64,000 bases of DNA from Eledone cirrhosa (taxonomy: Eukaryota): the NCBI GenBank assembly GCA_964016885.1, contig OZ024743.1:256804001-256868000 (forward strand). Reading direction: 5' to 3'. The position numbers and the translations under genes are program-made. Positions within the stretch are counted from its first letter, which is position 1. Each line of letters starts with the position of its first letter. Below, piece after piece: positions 1-11,189 of this stretch. Below the pieces are notes generated by a model. The model was not told where the DNA came from. It did no database searches and was given only the letters and a program-made list of their open reading frames with translations.

Positions 1-457
1 ATGTGGGAGTCGTTGGGCTTCTCTGTGTTATTTAGTGAATGTGTACAAATAGAAAGAATGATGCAAATTTCTTAGTATTTAATATTTTATCAACTCTTTC
101 TTACTTATGCTTAACAAATATATTTGTCTCCATGTAATATTTGTTGCAAAGTCAATATAATTTGATTTATCTGTTGATGAAAACATATGCAGGTGTGTGC
201 AACAATGTTCCTATATTTATGAGGAAAAAATATATTTGATTTCGGAAGCACATAGCCATTCATGACCATATAAATCTATTTTGAAATATAATCACACACA
301 ATATCCCATATTGTCATCTGTGTGTATCTACATATATATTACAATGAATTAGAGCTCAACCATCAAGCAGTAACTCATAATAATATCTATACTCTACTTT
401 TTTAAGTATGGAGTACTAAACAGAACAAAGTTCGTACTAGTCTGAACATATAAATGT

Positions 458-504
458 GTGTGCGTATATATACATACATACATACATATATGCACACACA
501 AACA

Positions 505-573
<69 letters not shown>

Positions 574-592
574 TTGTGTGTGTATGTGTGTG
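458..592. repeat. Compound (CA)n/(TA)n/(TG)n microsatellite
   Basis: Directly visible dinucleotide runs; the overlapping ORFs are low-complexity artefacts. Confidence 0.95.
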
Positions 593-671
593 TTAGGTAA
601 TTCCGAAGGAAAATCAAAGGAAAAAAAAGTGTTCTTTGTATAGAACAGAGCTATTTAATTAGAATATGAAC

Positions 672-780
672 AACACAAAATATAACTACTCCATTACCAA
701 AGGTTTCTGGATCCCAGACAATAGCAATATAAGTTTGGGATCCAGAAACCTTTGGTAATGGAGTAGTTATATTTTGTGTT
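672..780. repeat. ~48-bp near-perfect inverted repeat with 13-nt loop
   Basis: aacacaaaatataactactccattaccaaaggtttctggatcccagac (672-719) is the reverse complement of 733-780 with one G-T pair. Confidence 0.9.
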
Positions 781-2525
781 CTTCACTTTCTATATATAAT
801 GATTAATTGATTAATTTAATTAGACAATTCTATTGATTGGTAAATTTACCGATTATAATTGAACTGTAGATCATTCACGCGTTTGCATATTTTATTCATT
901 TTGAGTATGTTTTGGGGAATCAGAGAGTAATTTGCATTTATTTATTTTTATGTATAAATATAACAAACCATAACAGTCGACAAATATTGGTCTTTTTCTC
1001 CACTGAACTAGAGATAAAACTACAATTATAACATTACTAATAATGATTATAATTATTTATTTATTAAATGTATACCGTTTCATTAATACCTATAATAATA
1101 TCTCTATATAGTTGTACAAATAGGTGTATCTAGTGTAATAACATACTCGTAGTTACATTTATAAATAATTTAGATACTCAAATGACTCTATATTGTTATA
1201 AGTGTTTGATATTCCCTGGAAGTTCGAATTTATATAATAATTTTTACTTAATTTAATAAAATTTAATGTAATTTAATTTATTTTAATTAAATTTAAATTG
1301 AGATTACCTTCGGCTTTTTCAAATATTTAGCTACTCTTTCTATCATATTCGCTAAAATATTTTAGACGTATCTTTTGTCTACTTTATATTAAAACCATAT
1401 TACATTTTATAATATATTTTTAATATTGAGCATACAATTCATTATTTTTATTTTTATTTTTATTTCGCAAACAATTCATTATTTTTATTTTTTATTTTAT
1501 ATTTATTTTGTATCTAGCCCCTATCATTAGGACTCATGTAGTTTTGAATTATATATTTATAGTATATATCAACTAAATGAAAATAATTGATATAAAACAT
1601 TAATTTTTTAACAATATATTTTAACTATATATATTTTTTAACAATATTTTCAGTAACTTATTTACTATATTGTATTATTGTATTATTGTATTTTGTTATA
1701 TTATATATATTTGAAAGGTAGCACCTTAAGTCTATAGACATTATAATCCTTATGCATTTTTTGATTAACGCATATATAAAATTAAAAATTCAGACCTCTT
1801 TAAGTTTAGTTATAAGGCCGGTTGATCCTTTAGGCACTCAAACTATTTAATCATAAAATCTTTAATAATTGTAACTATAATTATTTTATAAATTATATTA
1901 TATAAACTGTTGTCAATATTATAAATAATTTTGGTAAAGATTACCTTCGGGAGGGTATAAAAGCATTATATATTTTCTCTCTCGTGTTTCGTAAATACTT
2001 TTGTTTTCATAAAATTTGAATTTTAGAAATTAAACTTAATAGTATAATATAATATTAATACAAATACCTATTAACTTTTAAAACCTAAAATATTACTGAT
2101 TACTCTGAAACAACTTAAATTAAATATTTTGAATATTAACGGTCATCTAAGTAAGTTAGGATATATATTGCATATATGGAAAATTGTCTATAAACTTGAA
2201 CATAAATTACTCCCCTTTGTCTCTCTCTATCTTTAATCATGTCTCATTTGTTTTTTCGAGGCACCTACTATATATATTATCTCATCAGCTGTTTCTTCCT
2301 CTATGCTTTCCTTTCTTTCCTCTTTCTTCAGTAGTTTTTAAAAAAAATGTTATTAACTGTTATATTGATGCCATGTATTTTTTGAGCTGTATTACACGTA
2401 CCCTCTCTATTGTTTGTATTATATATTTTTCTCATGTTCTCAATATTGAGTTTTGTCATATGTTAATCACTACCATGACTGAATCTTAACCATCTACTAT
2501 GTCAGTGTATGTCATGCATCATCTT

Positions 2526-2590
2526 ATTTTATTTGATGAGGACGTACTGTTGAACTTAAATCAATACCTCTGAAATATGTATAATAAAAT
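2526..2590 (+). ncRNA. Minimal type I hammerhead ribozyme motif (U3 variant) in a PLE pLTR relic
   Basis: attttat-TTGATGA-stem II-GAAA-tatgta-TA-ataaaat; stem I attttat/ataaaat; AUA cleavage triplet. Confidence 0.6.
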
Positions 2591-2728
2591 ATACTTGATC
2601 ACAAGAATATCTATTTTGTTAATATTTTGAATTAATATTAATAACTCTGGAAAACCTTTACTGTTGAGTGCTTCCAATCTATTGTAAAACTCATTCTTTG
2701 ATGTATTCATTGAACCTTGTTTAACTTT

Positions 2729-2783
<55 letters not shown>

Positions 2784-2787
<4 letters not shown>

Positions 2788-3314
2788 ATTAGAATACTGG
2801 AGCGTGTTTGAGTCAAACACCCTCTTCGTATTATAGAAATGACAGTAAAAGGTATAGCTCAATGCAGTTAAACAGAGCCAAAAAATTAAGAGAGTAAAAC
2901 AAAGAATCCTTTAATACATCAAAAGTTTTTATTAGCCGACAATGTTTCGTCCTGTTAAGTACTCATCAGGGCAATAAAAACAACAAGAGGTAATATCGGC
3001 AGATACAAGCCAGAAACTCTGAAGAATATGGAGTGTACATACACTAATGTCTTACAAAGATATATGATAATAAAAATGAAAATAAAGATAAAAATAATCA
3101 AAATATATAATAAGAATAACTAAGGATGTAGATAACATTAAGAACCATATTACAAATATAGTCCAAAGCAACCAACTAAATCTAAACAAAATTGGTTATA
3201 TAGAGCAGGAATTATATATAACACAATATAATACATTATAATAGTAATATACTTTTACCAACATTAAAATTCCAAATTAAAAATTAAAAGGTACAATATA
3301 TACATGTATATATG

Positions 3315-3358
<44 letters not shown>

Positions 3359-4073
3359 ACAACACACATATCTATGTTCGACTACACAGAAATTAAGCCC
3401 TATTAGAAGTATGAATATTAAAAATAAGCATGGTAATAGTGAAAATAATACTAATACATCTACCCAATATACATGTGGCAATAATATGATATAATTACAA
3501 GAAACACATATAACAAATAATAAACAACAAAATTATATAATTCAATATAATATAATAAAATAGATAATCCCCGGTTAATTTACAGAAACAATATAGATGT
3601 CACAATGAAATACAATGATAAAATGTTAACAGTGTATTAACATGTACCATAAACAATATATACAAATTGATTCATACTGGGTTACAGAATAAATGAGGAA
3701 ATATAAATCATATAATACTCAAAAAAACTATAATGGTACAGGGAAAAATTATGATGTTACAGAAAAAAATATGATGTTACAGAAACAAATATACAGACAT
3801 CTAACATGATATGTAAAGTCTAAATATCATAATGTTACATATTACAATATTAAAAAAATCCAGACATCTTACATGATATATAAAGTTTAAATATCATAAT
3901 GTTACATATAATGAACAGTAAGTAATAAGGATCTATATTACATACAATATAATATAATATATTATAAAATTGGCATAAAATATATAAATACTTATAATTA
4001 CAAGGTTAGTAGACAGACATATGTGGATGAGTGAGCGAAGCCAGACAGTGAATAGTAAATAGAATAAAACAAA
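2784..4073 (-). repeat. Inverted copy of the PLE 3' UTR/pLTR
   Basis: Reverse complement of ~8470-9662 plus the 4820-4920 extension; gives the duplicated spurious ORF MPHVYWVDV on the minus strand. Confidence 0.92.
2935..2972 (-). ncRNA. Minimal hammerhead ribozyme (inverted pLTR copy; one stem II mismatch)
   Basis: Minus strand: gcc-CTGATGA-gtac ttaaca ggac-GAAA-cattg-TC-ggc. Confidence 0.8.
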
Positions 4074-4086
4074 AAGTTAACCGCTC

Positions 4087-4348
4087 TATCATTGTATTTC
4101 ATTGTGACATCTATATTGTTTCTGTAAATTAACCGGGGATTATCTATTTTATTATATTATATTGAATTATATAATTTTGTTGTTTATTATTTGTTATATG
4201 TGTTTCTTGTAATTATATCATATTATTGCCTCATGTTTATTGGGTAGATGTATTACTATTATTTTCACTATTACCATGCTTATTTTTAATATTCAAACTT
4301 CTAATAGGGCTTAATTTCTGTGTAGTCGAACATAGATATGTGTGTTGT

Positions 4349-4386
<38 letters not shown>

Positions 4387-4920
4387 CACATATATACATG
4401 TATATATTGTACCTTTTGATTTTTAATTTGGAATTTTAATGTTGGTAAAAGTATATTACTATTATAATGTATTATATTGTGTTATATATAATTCCTGCTC
4501 TATATAACCAATTTTGTTTAGATTTAGGCTGGTTGCTTTGGACTATATTTGTAATATGGTTCTTAATGTTATCTACATCCTTAGTTATTCTTATTATATA
4601 TTTTTATTATTTTTATCGTTATTTTCATTTTTATTATCACATATCTTTGTAAGACATTAGTGTATGTACACTCCATATTCTTCAGAGTTTCTGGCTTGTA
4701 TCTGCCGATATTACCTCTTGTTGTTTTGATTGCCCTGATGAGTCCTTAATAGGACGAAACATTGTCGGCTAATAAAAACTTTTGATGTATTAAAGGATTC
4801 TTTGTTTTACTCTCTTAGTTTTTTGGCTCTGTTTAACTGCATTGAGCTATACCTTTTACTGTCATTTCTATAATACGAAGAGGGTGTTTGACTCAAACAC
4901 GCTCCAGTATTCTAATCCTT
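4087..4920 (+). repeat. 5' pseudo-LTR of the PLE, with ~100-bp extension
   Basis: Near-identical to 8930-9662 up to ~4820. Confidence 0.9.
4732..4769 (+). ncRNA. Minimal type I hammerhead ribozyme (5' pLTR)
   Basis: gcc-CTGATGA-gtcc ttaata ggac-GAAA-c att g-TC-ggc; canonical core; GUC cleavage after 4766. Confidence 0.9.
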
Positions 4921-4996
4921 GTAACTGCTCCCGACAGGTTGAGCTTACTCACATATATACTGGTATTTGGGCCTCTATATATTTTTATCTGACAGT

Positions 4997-7690
4997 ATGC
5001 TAACAAAGAGTTACTTGCCTTTATCTCTGAAAAATATTCCCACCCCCTCTAAGAATACTTACCAAAAACTACTGATAGCTAGTGTTAACTCCTTTGTAAA
5101 AAGGATTAGATGGCGTGCGTTCCACTACGATAATAATAAGAATAGGAAGGACCCCAGGAATAGAACAAATTTTAATAACTACGGCTTCAAAACTTATAAG
5201 AGCCCACCACACAACATACTATTAGATAGTTTCGAAGGTGACTTACTCTCTCTGGTTAAAAATATTAGGTTTAGGCCAAATAATAGACATAGAAACAATA
5301 GTAATTTTGATAAATTCCAGTCCAGACTTAAAAATATTGTTAAGGGTTTCGGTGAGAATAAGTCCATTCTGGTCCCGGCAGATAAGACTAAGAATCTATA
5401 CTCCATGGACTATAGTACATACCGCGATTTTATTTATAAAGAGTTATATAGAAACTATAAAAAAACTACGCTTGAGAATTTGAACCACATCAATAGTGAG
5501 GGCCTTAGAATAGTCTCTGACCTCGGACTCGATAAGTATACCCAGCCATATTACCCTCGAGAACCGAGATTCACACTTAAGGACCATAAGGTTGATTTTA
5601 TTAGTAACCCCTCAGTTAGACTTATCTGTCCTTCTAAGTCGGATATAACCATTATCAGTAAAAAAATCCTTGACCTTATTATACCAGATGTTAGGGATAA
5701 GGTTAATTTTAACCTATGGGGGAACACTAGGGAAGTTATAGATTGGTTCTCTGGGATTAATAGACTTGAATCTAATAAGTTTATCCAATTCGATATTGAT
5801 GCCTACTACACATCAATTTCACCCATCCTCCTCAATAAAGCCTTAATGTTGGCCATGAGAGTGTCCAGCCTTACACGATCGCAGGTAGATATTATACTAG
5901 CAGCCCGTAAAACTATTATTAAATTTGAGGACACATATTGGACCCGTAAAAACACGCCCAATAATTTCGACGTTACAATGGGTTCGAGTGATTCGGCCCA
6001 GGTTACTGATCTTGTAGGGTTGTTCCTCCTTAATGAACTATACGCTACCTTCCCGCACCTTATAGGCGGACTATATCGTGATGATGCATTGTTTGTAATT
6101 AACTCTAGTACCAACAATGTAGAACTTAATAAGAGGAAGCTTTATAAGTTTTTTAAAAGCTACAACCTTTCAATCACGATAGATAGAAATGATAGAGCGG
6201 TTAACTTTTTAGATGTGACTTTGGACTTGGCCACTAATAGTTTTAAACCCTTCCATAAGCCTAATGAAATTCTTTCTTATGTTAGCCCCAATTCTAACCA
6301 CCCTAAGTCTATGATAAACTCTATAATTAAGGGCGTTTCTAATAGGATTTCCACACTATCTAAGGACATAGGAACTTTTAATGAACATGCGGAGTACTAC
6401 AATAATGCCCTAGCAAATTCAGGTCACACTAGTAAAATAAATTATAATAATAGTAACTTTAGAAAGTCTCCGCTTACTCTTAATAATAATAACATTATAT
6501 TACATAACATGGCCATGAATGGGAGTAGCAAACATAGTAACCGTAGAACTTATATAGGAGAATCTGAACCCACCCATATGTTATCCCACCGGACTCGTAA
6601 TAGCAAATATAATACCTCTAGGAGACAAGTCGAGCCCCCTGTGCGCTCACGCATTGGTGTTGGTTTGGCTGGATCTTATTCTAGAAATGTTGCTCCTACT
6701 GATCCTATCATTGGCCTTAATCCTCTTGTAGGGATTCCGGACAACAGCGGATCTACTGGAGGTAGAAACTATAATAGGCATAACGAAATTATGGCTGATT
6801 CTATGAATGTGGCTTCAACTATTCCCGATAGTAACCCTAGTCTCGACGGTGGGACATTTGATAGAGGTAGGGTCGATAAGAATAAAAATAAAAATAGAAG
6901 GCGATTAAATACTTATTTCAACCCGCCATATAATCAGGATGTATCAACTAATATCCCTAGGTCTTTCTTCACTATCTTAGAGAAAAATGTCCCCCCTTCT
7001 CACAAATACCATGGTATTTTTAATAAAAATGTTATTAAACTCTCATTCTCTACCACCCCTAATATTAGTTCTCATTTAGCTAGCACTAATAATAGGAAAA
7101 TTAGGGATGGATTCTCCTCTCTACATACTACTAGTCTGAATGCATCGGACAATGCTTTACCACCAGAACAGTCCTTATCTAATAGAGGTCCTACGTGTAA
7201 TACATCACCACTCGAGCCAACCAATAACACCCGGAAGTGCAATTGTAGAGTGAGTGCTAATTGCCCTCTAAACGGTAACTGCCTTTCTAAGAACATTGTC
7301 TACGCTTGCGAGGTTATAACTAATTCCTCTAAAAGAACGTATATAGGATCTACTTCAAACACTTTTAAGACTAGGTTTAACTCTCATATCTCCAACTTCA
7401 AACATGTTAGGTTTAAGAACTCTACCTCTCTAGCGCATTATATCTGGGATCTTAAGGGAGCTTATATACCATATAGCCTTAACTGGAGTTTAGTAGCACG
7501 ATCTAAACACCTTTCTGCACATAGTAAGTTTTGTAATCTCTGTATACTTGAGACACACTCTATTATTTTCTCTAGCGTACCCTTACTGAATAGAAAGTCT
7601 GAGATATTCTCTTCTTGCCCCCATACCATTTCTAATTCTTATTTTTATTATAAACCCAAATGTTCTAGTAGTACAAATTGTACCCATTAG
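4997..7690 (+). CDS. Penelope-like reverse transcriptase + GIY-YIG endonuclease (Naiad-like), uninterrupted
   Basis: ADKTKN, FIQFDIDAYYTSI, DVTMGSSDSAQV, LYRDD and NFLDVTL RT motifs; CNCRVSANCPLNGNC linker; IVY...YIG...R...H and CNLC...LNRKSE...CPH nuclease motifs. First ATG at 4997 (ORF track starts at TTG 4967). Confidence 0.93.
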   Translation: MLTKSYLPLSLKNIPTPSKNTYQKLLIASVNSFVKRIRWRAFHYDNNKNRKDPRNRTNFNNYGFKTYKSPPHNILLDSFEGDLLSLVKNIRFRPNNRHRNNSNFDKFQSRLKNIVKGFGENKSILVPADKTKNLYSMDYSTYRDFIYKELYRNYKKTTLENLNHINSEGLRIVSDLGLDKYTQPYYPREPRFTLKDHKVDFISNPSVRLICPSKSDITIISKKILDLIIPDVRDKVNFNLWGNTREVIDWFSGINRLESNKFIQFDIDAYYTSISPILLNKALMLAMRVSSLTRSQVDIILAARKTIIKFEDTYWTRKNTPNNFDVTMGSSDSAQVTDLVGLFLLNELYATFPHLIGGLYRDDALFVINSSTNNVELNKRKLYKFFKSYNLSITIDRNDRAVNFLDVTLDLATNSFKPFHKPNEILSYVSPNSNHPKSMINSIIKGVSNRISTLSKDIGTFNEHAEYYNNALANSGHTSKINYNNSNFRKSPLTLNNNNIILHNMAMNGSSKHSNRRTYIGESEPTHMLSHRTRNSKYNTSRRQVEPPVRSRIGVGLAGSYSRNVAPTDPIIGLNPLVGIPDNSGSTGGRNYNRHNEIMADSMNVASTIPDSNPSLDGGTFDRGRVDKNKNKNRRRLNTYFNPPYNQDVSTNIPRSFFTILEKNVPPSHKYHGIFNKNVIKLSFSTTPNISSHLASTNNRKIRDGFSSLHTTSLNASDNALPPEQSLSNRGPTCNTSPLEPTNNTRKCNCRVSANCPLNGNCLSKNIVYACEVITNSSKRTYIGSTSNTFKTRFNSHISNFKHVRFKNSTSLAHYIWDLKGAYIPYSLNWSLVARSKHLSAHSKFCNLCILETHSIIFSSVPLLNRKSEIFSSCPHTISNSYFYYKPKCSSSTNCTH

Positions 7691-8929
7691 CAGATATATT
7701 CCATTACTTAGTTTTTTGTTTGGGTTCTTTTGTTTGCCAACATTAATGATATCATTGGTTTTTGATGACTCTTCATTCTAGCTCTCATAATCATTTGGCT
7801 ACTGTACCATATCTATGTCTTCACTATTACACCTTGTTAGTATACATAAGATTACACACTTTACGCCACTTACGTTATTCTATTATTATCTTTATATTTT
7901 TTTATTATTATTAACTTTAATTTTAATTTTAATTTTATTTTTAATTCTATTTTTATTTCTAAGTCTATTCTGATTTATCTATCGACACCCCCCCCCCCCC
8001 ACATGCACACATAAACTTATTGTCAACCCCTCCAGACTGAATATGATTATATTTAACCCCCCCTCTTTTATGCTCCGTTCTATTATTTATTAGAGTATAT
8101 TGAATATATTTTATGCCACTTCGCACCCTCCATATATTTCGTCAATTCTGTCCCCATTAGCCTACCTTAACTCTACTTAAGTCAGTTTTTTAGATATCGT
8201 TGCGTATATGATAGTATAATTTTATTCCTTTTTGTAAACATTTGTAACGATACATTAAAGTTTATATACTTTAATGACTTAAACTACAGCTAATATTATA
8301 CTACCTTATTGGACGGGTTCGATATTTTTAATATTAATTTATCAAATAGGGTTTGGAGTCAATTAAAATGATTGCTTTCCTTGGTGTTTACCTAATTTCT
8401 TAAATGCACGCGAGGCCTAAATGTGTATACATTTGCTTTTGTTTTGTAATTTCCGGTTGATTGTATTTATTTGTTTTATTCTATATTCTATTTACTATTC
8501 ACTGTCTGGCTTCGCTCACTCATCCACATATGTCTGTCTACTAACCTTGTAATTATAAGTATTTATATATTTTATGCCTATTTTATAATATATTATATTA
8601 TATTGTATGTAATATAGATCCTTATTACTTACTGTTCATTATATGGAACATTATGATATTTAAACTTTATATATCATGTAAGATGTCTGGATTTTTTTAA
8701 TATTGTAATATGTAACATTATGATATTTAGACTTTACATATCATGTTAGATGTCTGTATATTTGTTTCTGTAACATCATATTTTTTTCTGTAACATCATA
8801 ATTTTTCCCTGTACCATTATAGTTTTTTTGAGTATTATATGATTTATATTTCCTCATTTATTCTGTAACCCAGTATGAATCAATTTGTATATATTGTTTA
8901 TGGTACATGTTAATACACTGTTAACATTT

Positions 8930-9191
8930 TATCATTGTATTTCATTGTGACATCTATATTGTTTCTGTAAATTAACCGGGGATTATCTATTTTATTATAT
9001 TATATTGAATTATATAATTTTGTTGTTTATTATTTGTTATATGTGTTTCTTGTAATTATATCATATTATTGCCTCATGTATATTGGGTAGATGTATTACT
9101 ATTATTTTCACTATTACCATGCTTATTTTTAATATTCAAACTTCTAATAGGGCTTAATTTCTGTGTAGTCGAACATAGATATGTGTGTTGT

Positions 9192-9227
<36 letters not shown>

Positions 9228-9662
9228 CACATATATACATGTATATATTGTACCTTTTGATTTTTAATTTGGAATTTTAATGTTGGTAAAAGTATATTAC
9301 TATTATAATGTATTATATTGTGTTATATATAATTCCTGCTCTATATAACCAATTTTGTTTAGATTTAGGCTGGTTGCTTTGGACTATATTTGTAATATGG
9401 TTCTTAATGTTATCTACATCCTTAGTTATTCTTATTATATATTTTTATTATTTTTATCGTTATTTTCATTTTTATTATCACATATCTTTGTAAGACATTA
9501 GTGTATGTACACTCCATATTCTTCAGAGTTTCTGGCTTGTATCTGCCGATATTACCTCTTGTTGTTTTGATTGCCCTGATGAGTCCTTAATAGGACGAAA
9601 CATTGTCGGCTAATAAAAACTTTTGATGTATTAAAGGATTCTTTGTTTTACTCTCTTAATTT
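8930..9662 (+). repeat. 3' pseudo-LTR of the PLE
   Basis: Direct repeat of 4087-4820, ending in (TA)n. Confidence 0.9.
9573..9610 (+). ncRNA. Minimal type I hammerhead ribozyme (3' pLTR)
   Basis: Identical to 4732-4769. Confidence 0.9.
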
Positions 9663-9744
9663 ATATATATATATATATATAAAATCAGTGTGAGAGATAA
9701 CTAAATTATGTTATCAGGACAGAGCGAAAAGAAAAAAAGTAAAC

Positions 9745-10407
9745 AAACAACATGGTAGTAATGCAACGTAAAGAGAGTCAAGTCAATGAATCTTGTGGGC
9801 TTAAGTCCGAACATATCAAATGACGAGAAGAGGCAGATATGTCCGAGCCACGCGAAAAGTGAGAGAGAAAAGAAATTCACACAGGTCAGACGGGAGAAAG
9901 TGAGAGAGGGGGAGTAGCAGAGAGTGAGTGAGTGAAAATGTGAGGAAGAGGCCAGGCAAGAGAGTGGGTGATAATCAGCAGACTACTGATGATGGACAGT
10001 CGTGTCTCGGTCTATTTTCATTCATATGTTCACATTTGCAACAACGCAGCACGCCATGTTTCATTCACACATATATTTTTTTCCCCTCGCTGTGGTTCGT
10101 ATTTTTTCTGTCACCTTACTGCTATACTCTTTCTCTATCCTTGTACCTCTTGCTTTCATTCCCCCTTCTGCTGGTCACCCACTCTCTCGCCTGGCCTCTT
10201 CCTCACATTTTCACTCACTCACTCTCTGCTACTCCCCATCACTCACGTCCTGCCGTCTGACCTGTGTGAAATTCTTTTCTCTCTCACTTTTCGCGTGGCT
10301 TGGATGTGTCTGCCTCTTCTCGTCATTTGATATGTTCGGACTTAAGCCCACAAGATTCATTGACTTGACTCTCTTTTCCTCTCTTTACGTTGCATTACTA
10401 CCATGTT

Positions 10408-10411
<4 letters not shown>
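9745..10411. repeat. Foldback structure: ~240-bp diverged inverted arms with ~190-bp spacer
   Basis: 9745-9980 is the reverse complement of 10168-10411; the block lies between (TA)n runs. Confidence 0.85.
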
Positions 10412-10447
<36 letters not shown>

Positions 10448-10623
10448 TAACTGAACAAAAAAGAAAAACGAACACAGACATATACATATATGTGTTCAAA
10501 TTGTAATGGACCGGAATGGCTAAGGTGAAAAGAATACTAACTACAGACAATAGGGTTTGCTAGACTCAATTTAAGAATAAATCAAGAAAAATAAATGCAA
10601 ACCAGAATTGTGGTAACTACTGA

Positions 10624-10705
10624 TCACCCGGACAGTTTTGATAGTACTGTTTCGCAATATTATTTGTGAAGAGGAATAACAAAATCCTAGTTCATCAGCG
10701 GGTGA
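10624..10705 (-). ncRNA. Type I hammerhead ribozyme motif with full stems I and III
   Basis: Minus strand: tcacccg-CTGATGA-(long imperfect stem II)-GAAA-cagt actatcaaa actg-TC-cgggtga. Confidence 0.75.
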
Positions 10706-10914
10706 AGAATTATTAGTATCCTGATCACTTCTAAATATAATTAAAAAAACTAGATAGTGTGTGTATATGTAACGCGCATGGTTCCCGAACTTAGCGTGTC
10801 TCGCAGACTCACGCCACAAAAAATAGCAGCCGGGTTTATACGACATTTGAATTAGCTCGACGAATTAACGGAGTCTCATTACAGTAAATTAGCTCTAGGG
10901 AAGAAGTTTTTCCA

Positions 10915-10953
<39 letters not shown>

Positions 10954-11189
10954 TCACTTTGTTTACAAACCTTAAATTTGGTTTCTTCCCGCGGTGATGT
11001 ACCACGTATAGCAAATAATCATTTTATTTAAAGATTTGACATTAGTAAGCATATAATTACTAATGTGTCACCAGAGTTTAATTAAAATACTAATAGTTAA
11101 CATTTAGCAAAAAAGAACAGATAATATATATCACTCATCAAAGTATCAAGATAAAAATTTACAGTTATAAAATAGTTAAAGAATCATCG

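Larger units (their letters stand above)
2784..9662 (+). mobile_element. Penelope-like retroelement (Naiad-like): inverted pLTR + pLTR + ORF + long 3' UTR + pLTR, inserted in (TA)n
   Basis: Single RT + GIY-YIG ORF; direct repeats 4087-4820 / 8930-9662; inverted copy 2784-4073; (TA)n on both flanks; a hammerhead in each pLTR. Confidence 0.93.

Noticed and set aside
402-643. ORFs rich in HT/CV/YI repeats here and at 14600-15260, 25800-26960, 30175-31250 and 32028-32353
   Set aside because: They are translations of (CA)n/(TA)n microsatellites with no protein signal
4921-4940. gtaact at the exact point where the inverted pLTR copy ends, as a possible splice donor
   Set aside because: Weak donor match and no supportable intron; cannot be tested without transcripts
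4997-7900. Possible selenocysteine recoding, known for some Naiad elements
   Set aside because: The ORF has no in-frame TGA and ends in TAG, so there is no need to invoke a SECIS element
3284-9493. Repeated small ORFs MPHVYWVDV... and MYYIVLYII...
   Set aside because: They recur only because the pLTR is repeated; they are AT-rich, hydrophobic and span a microsatellite
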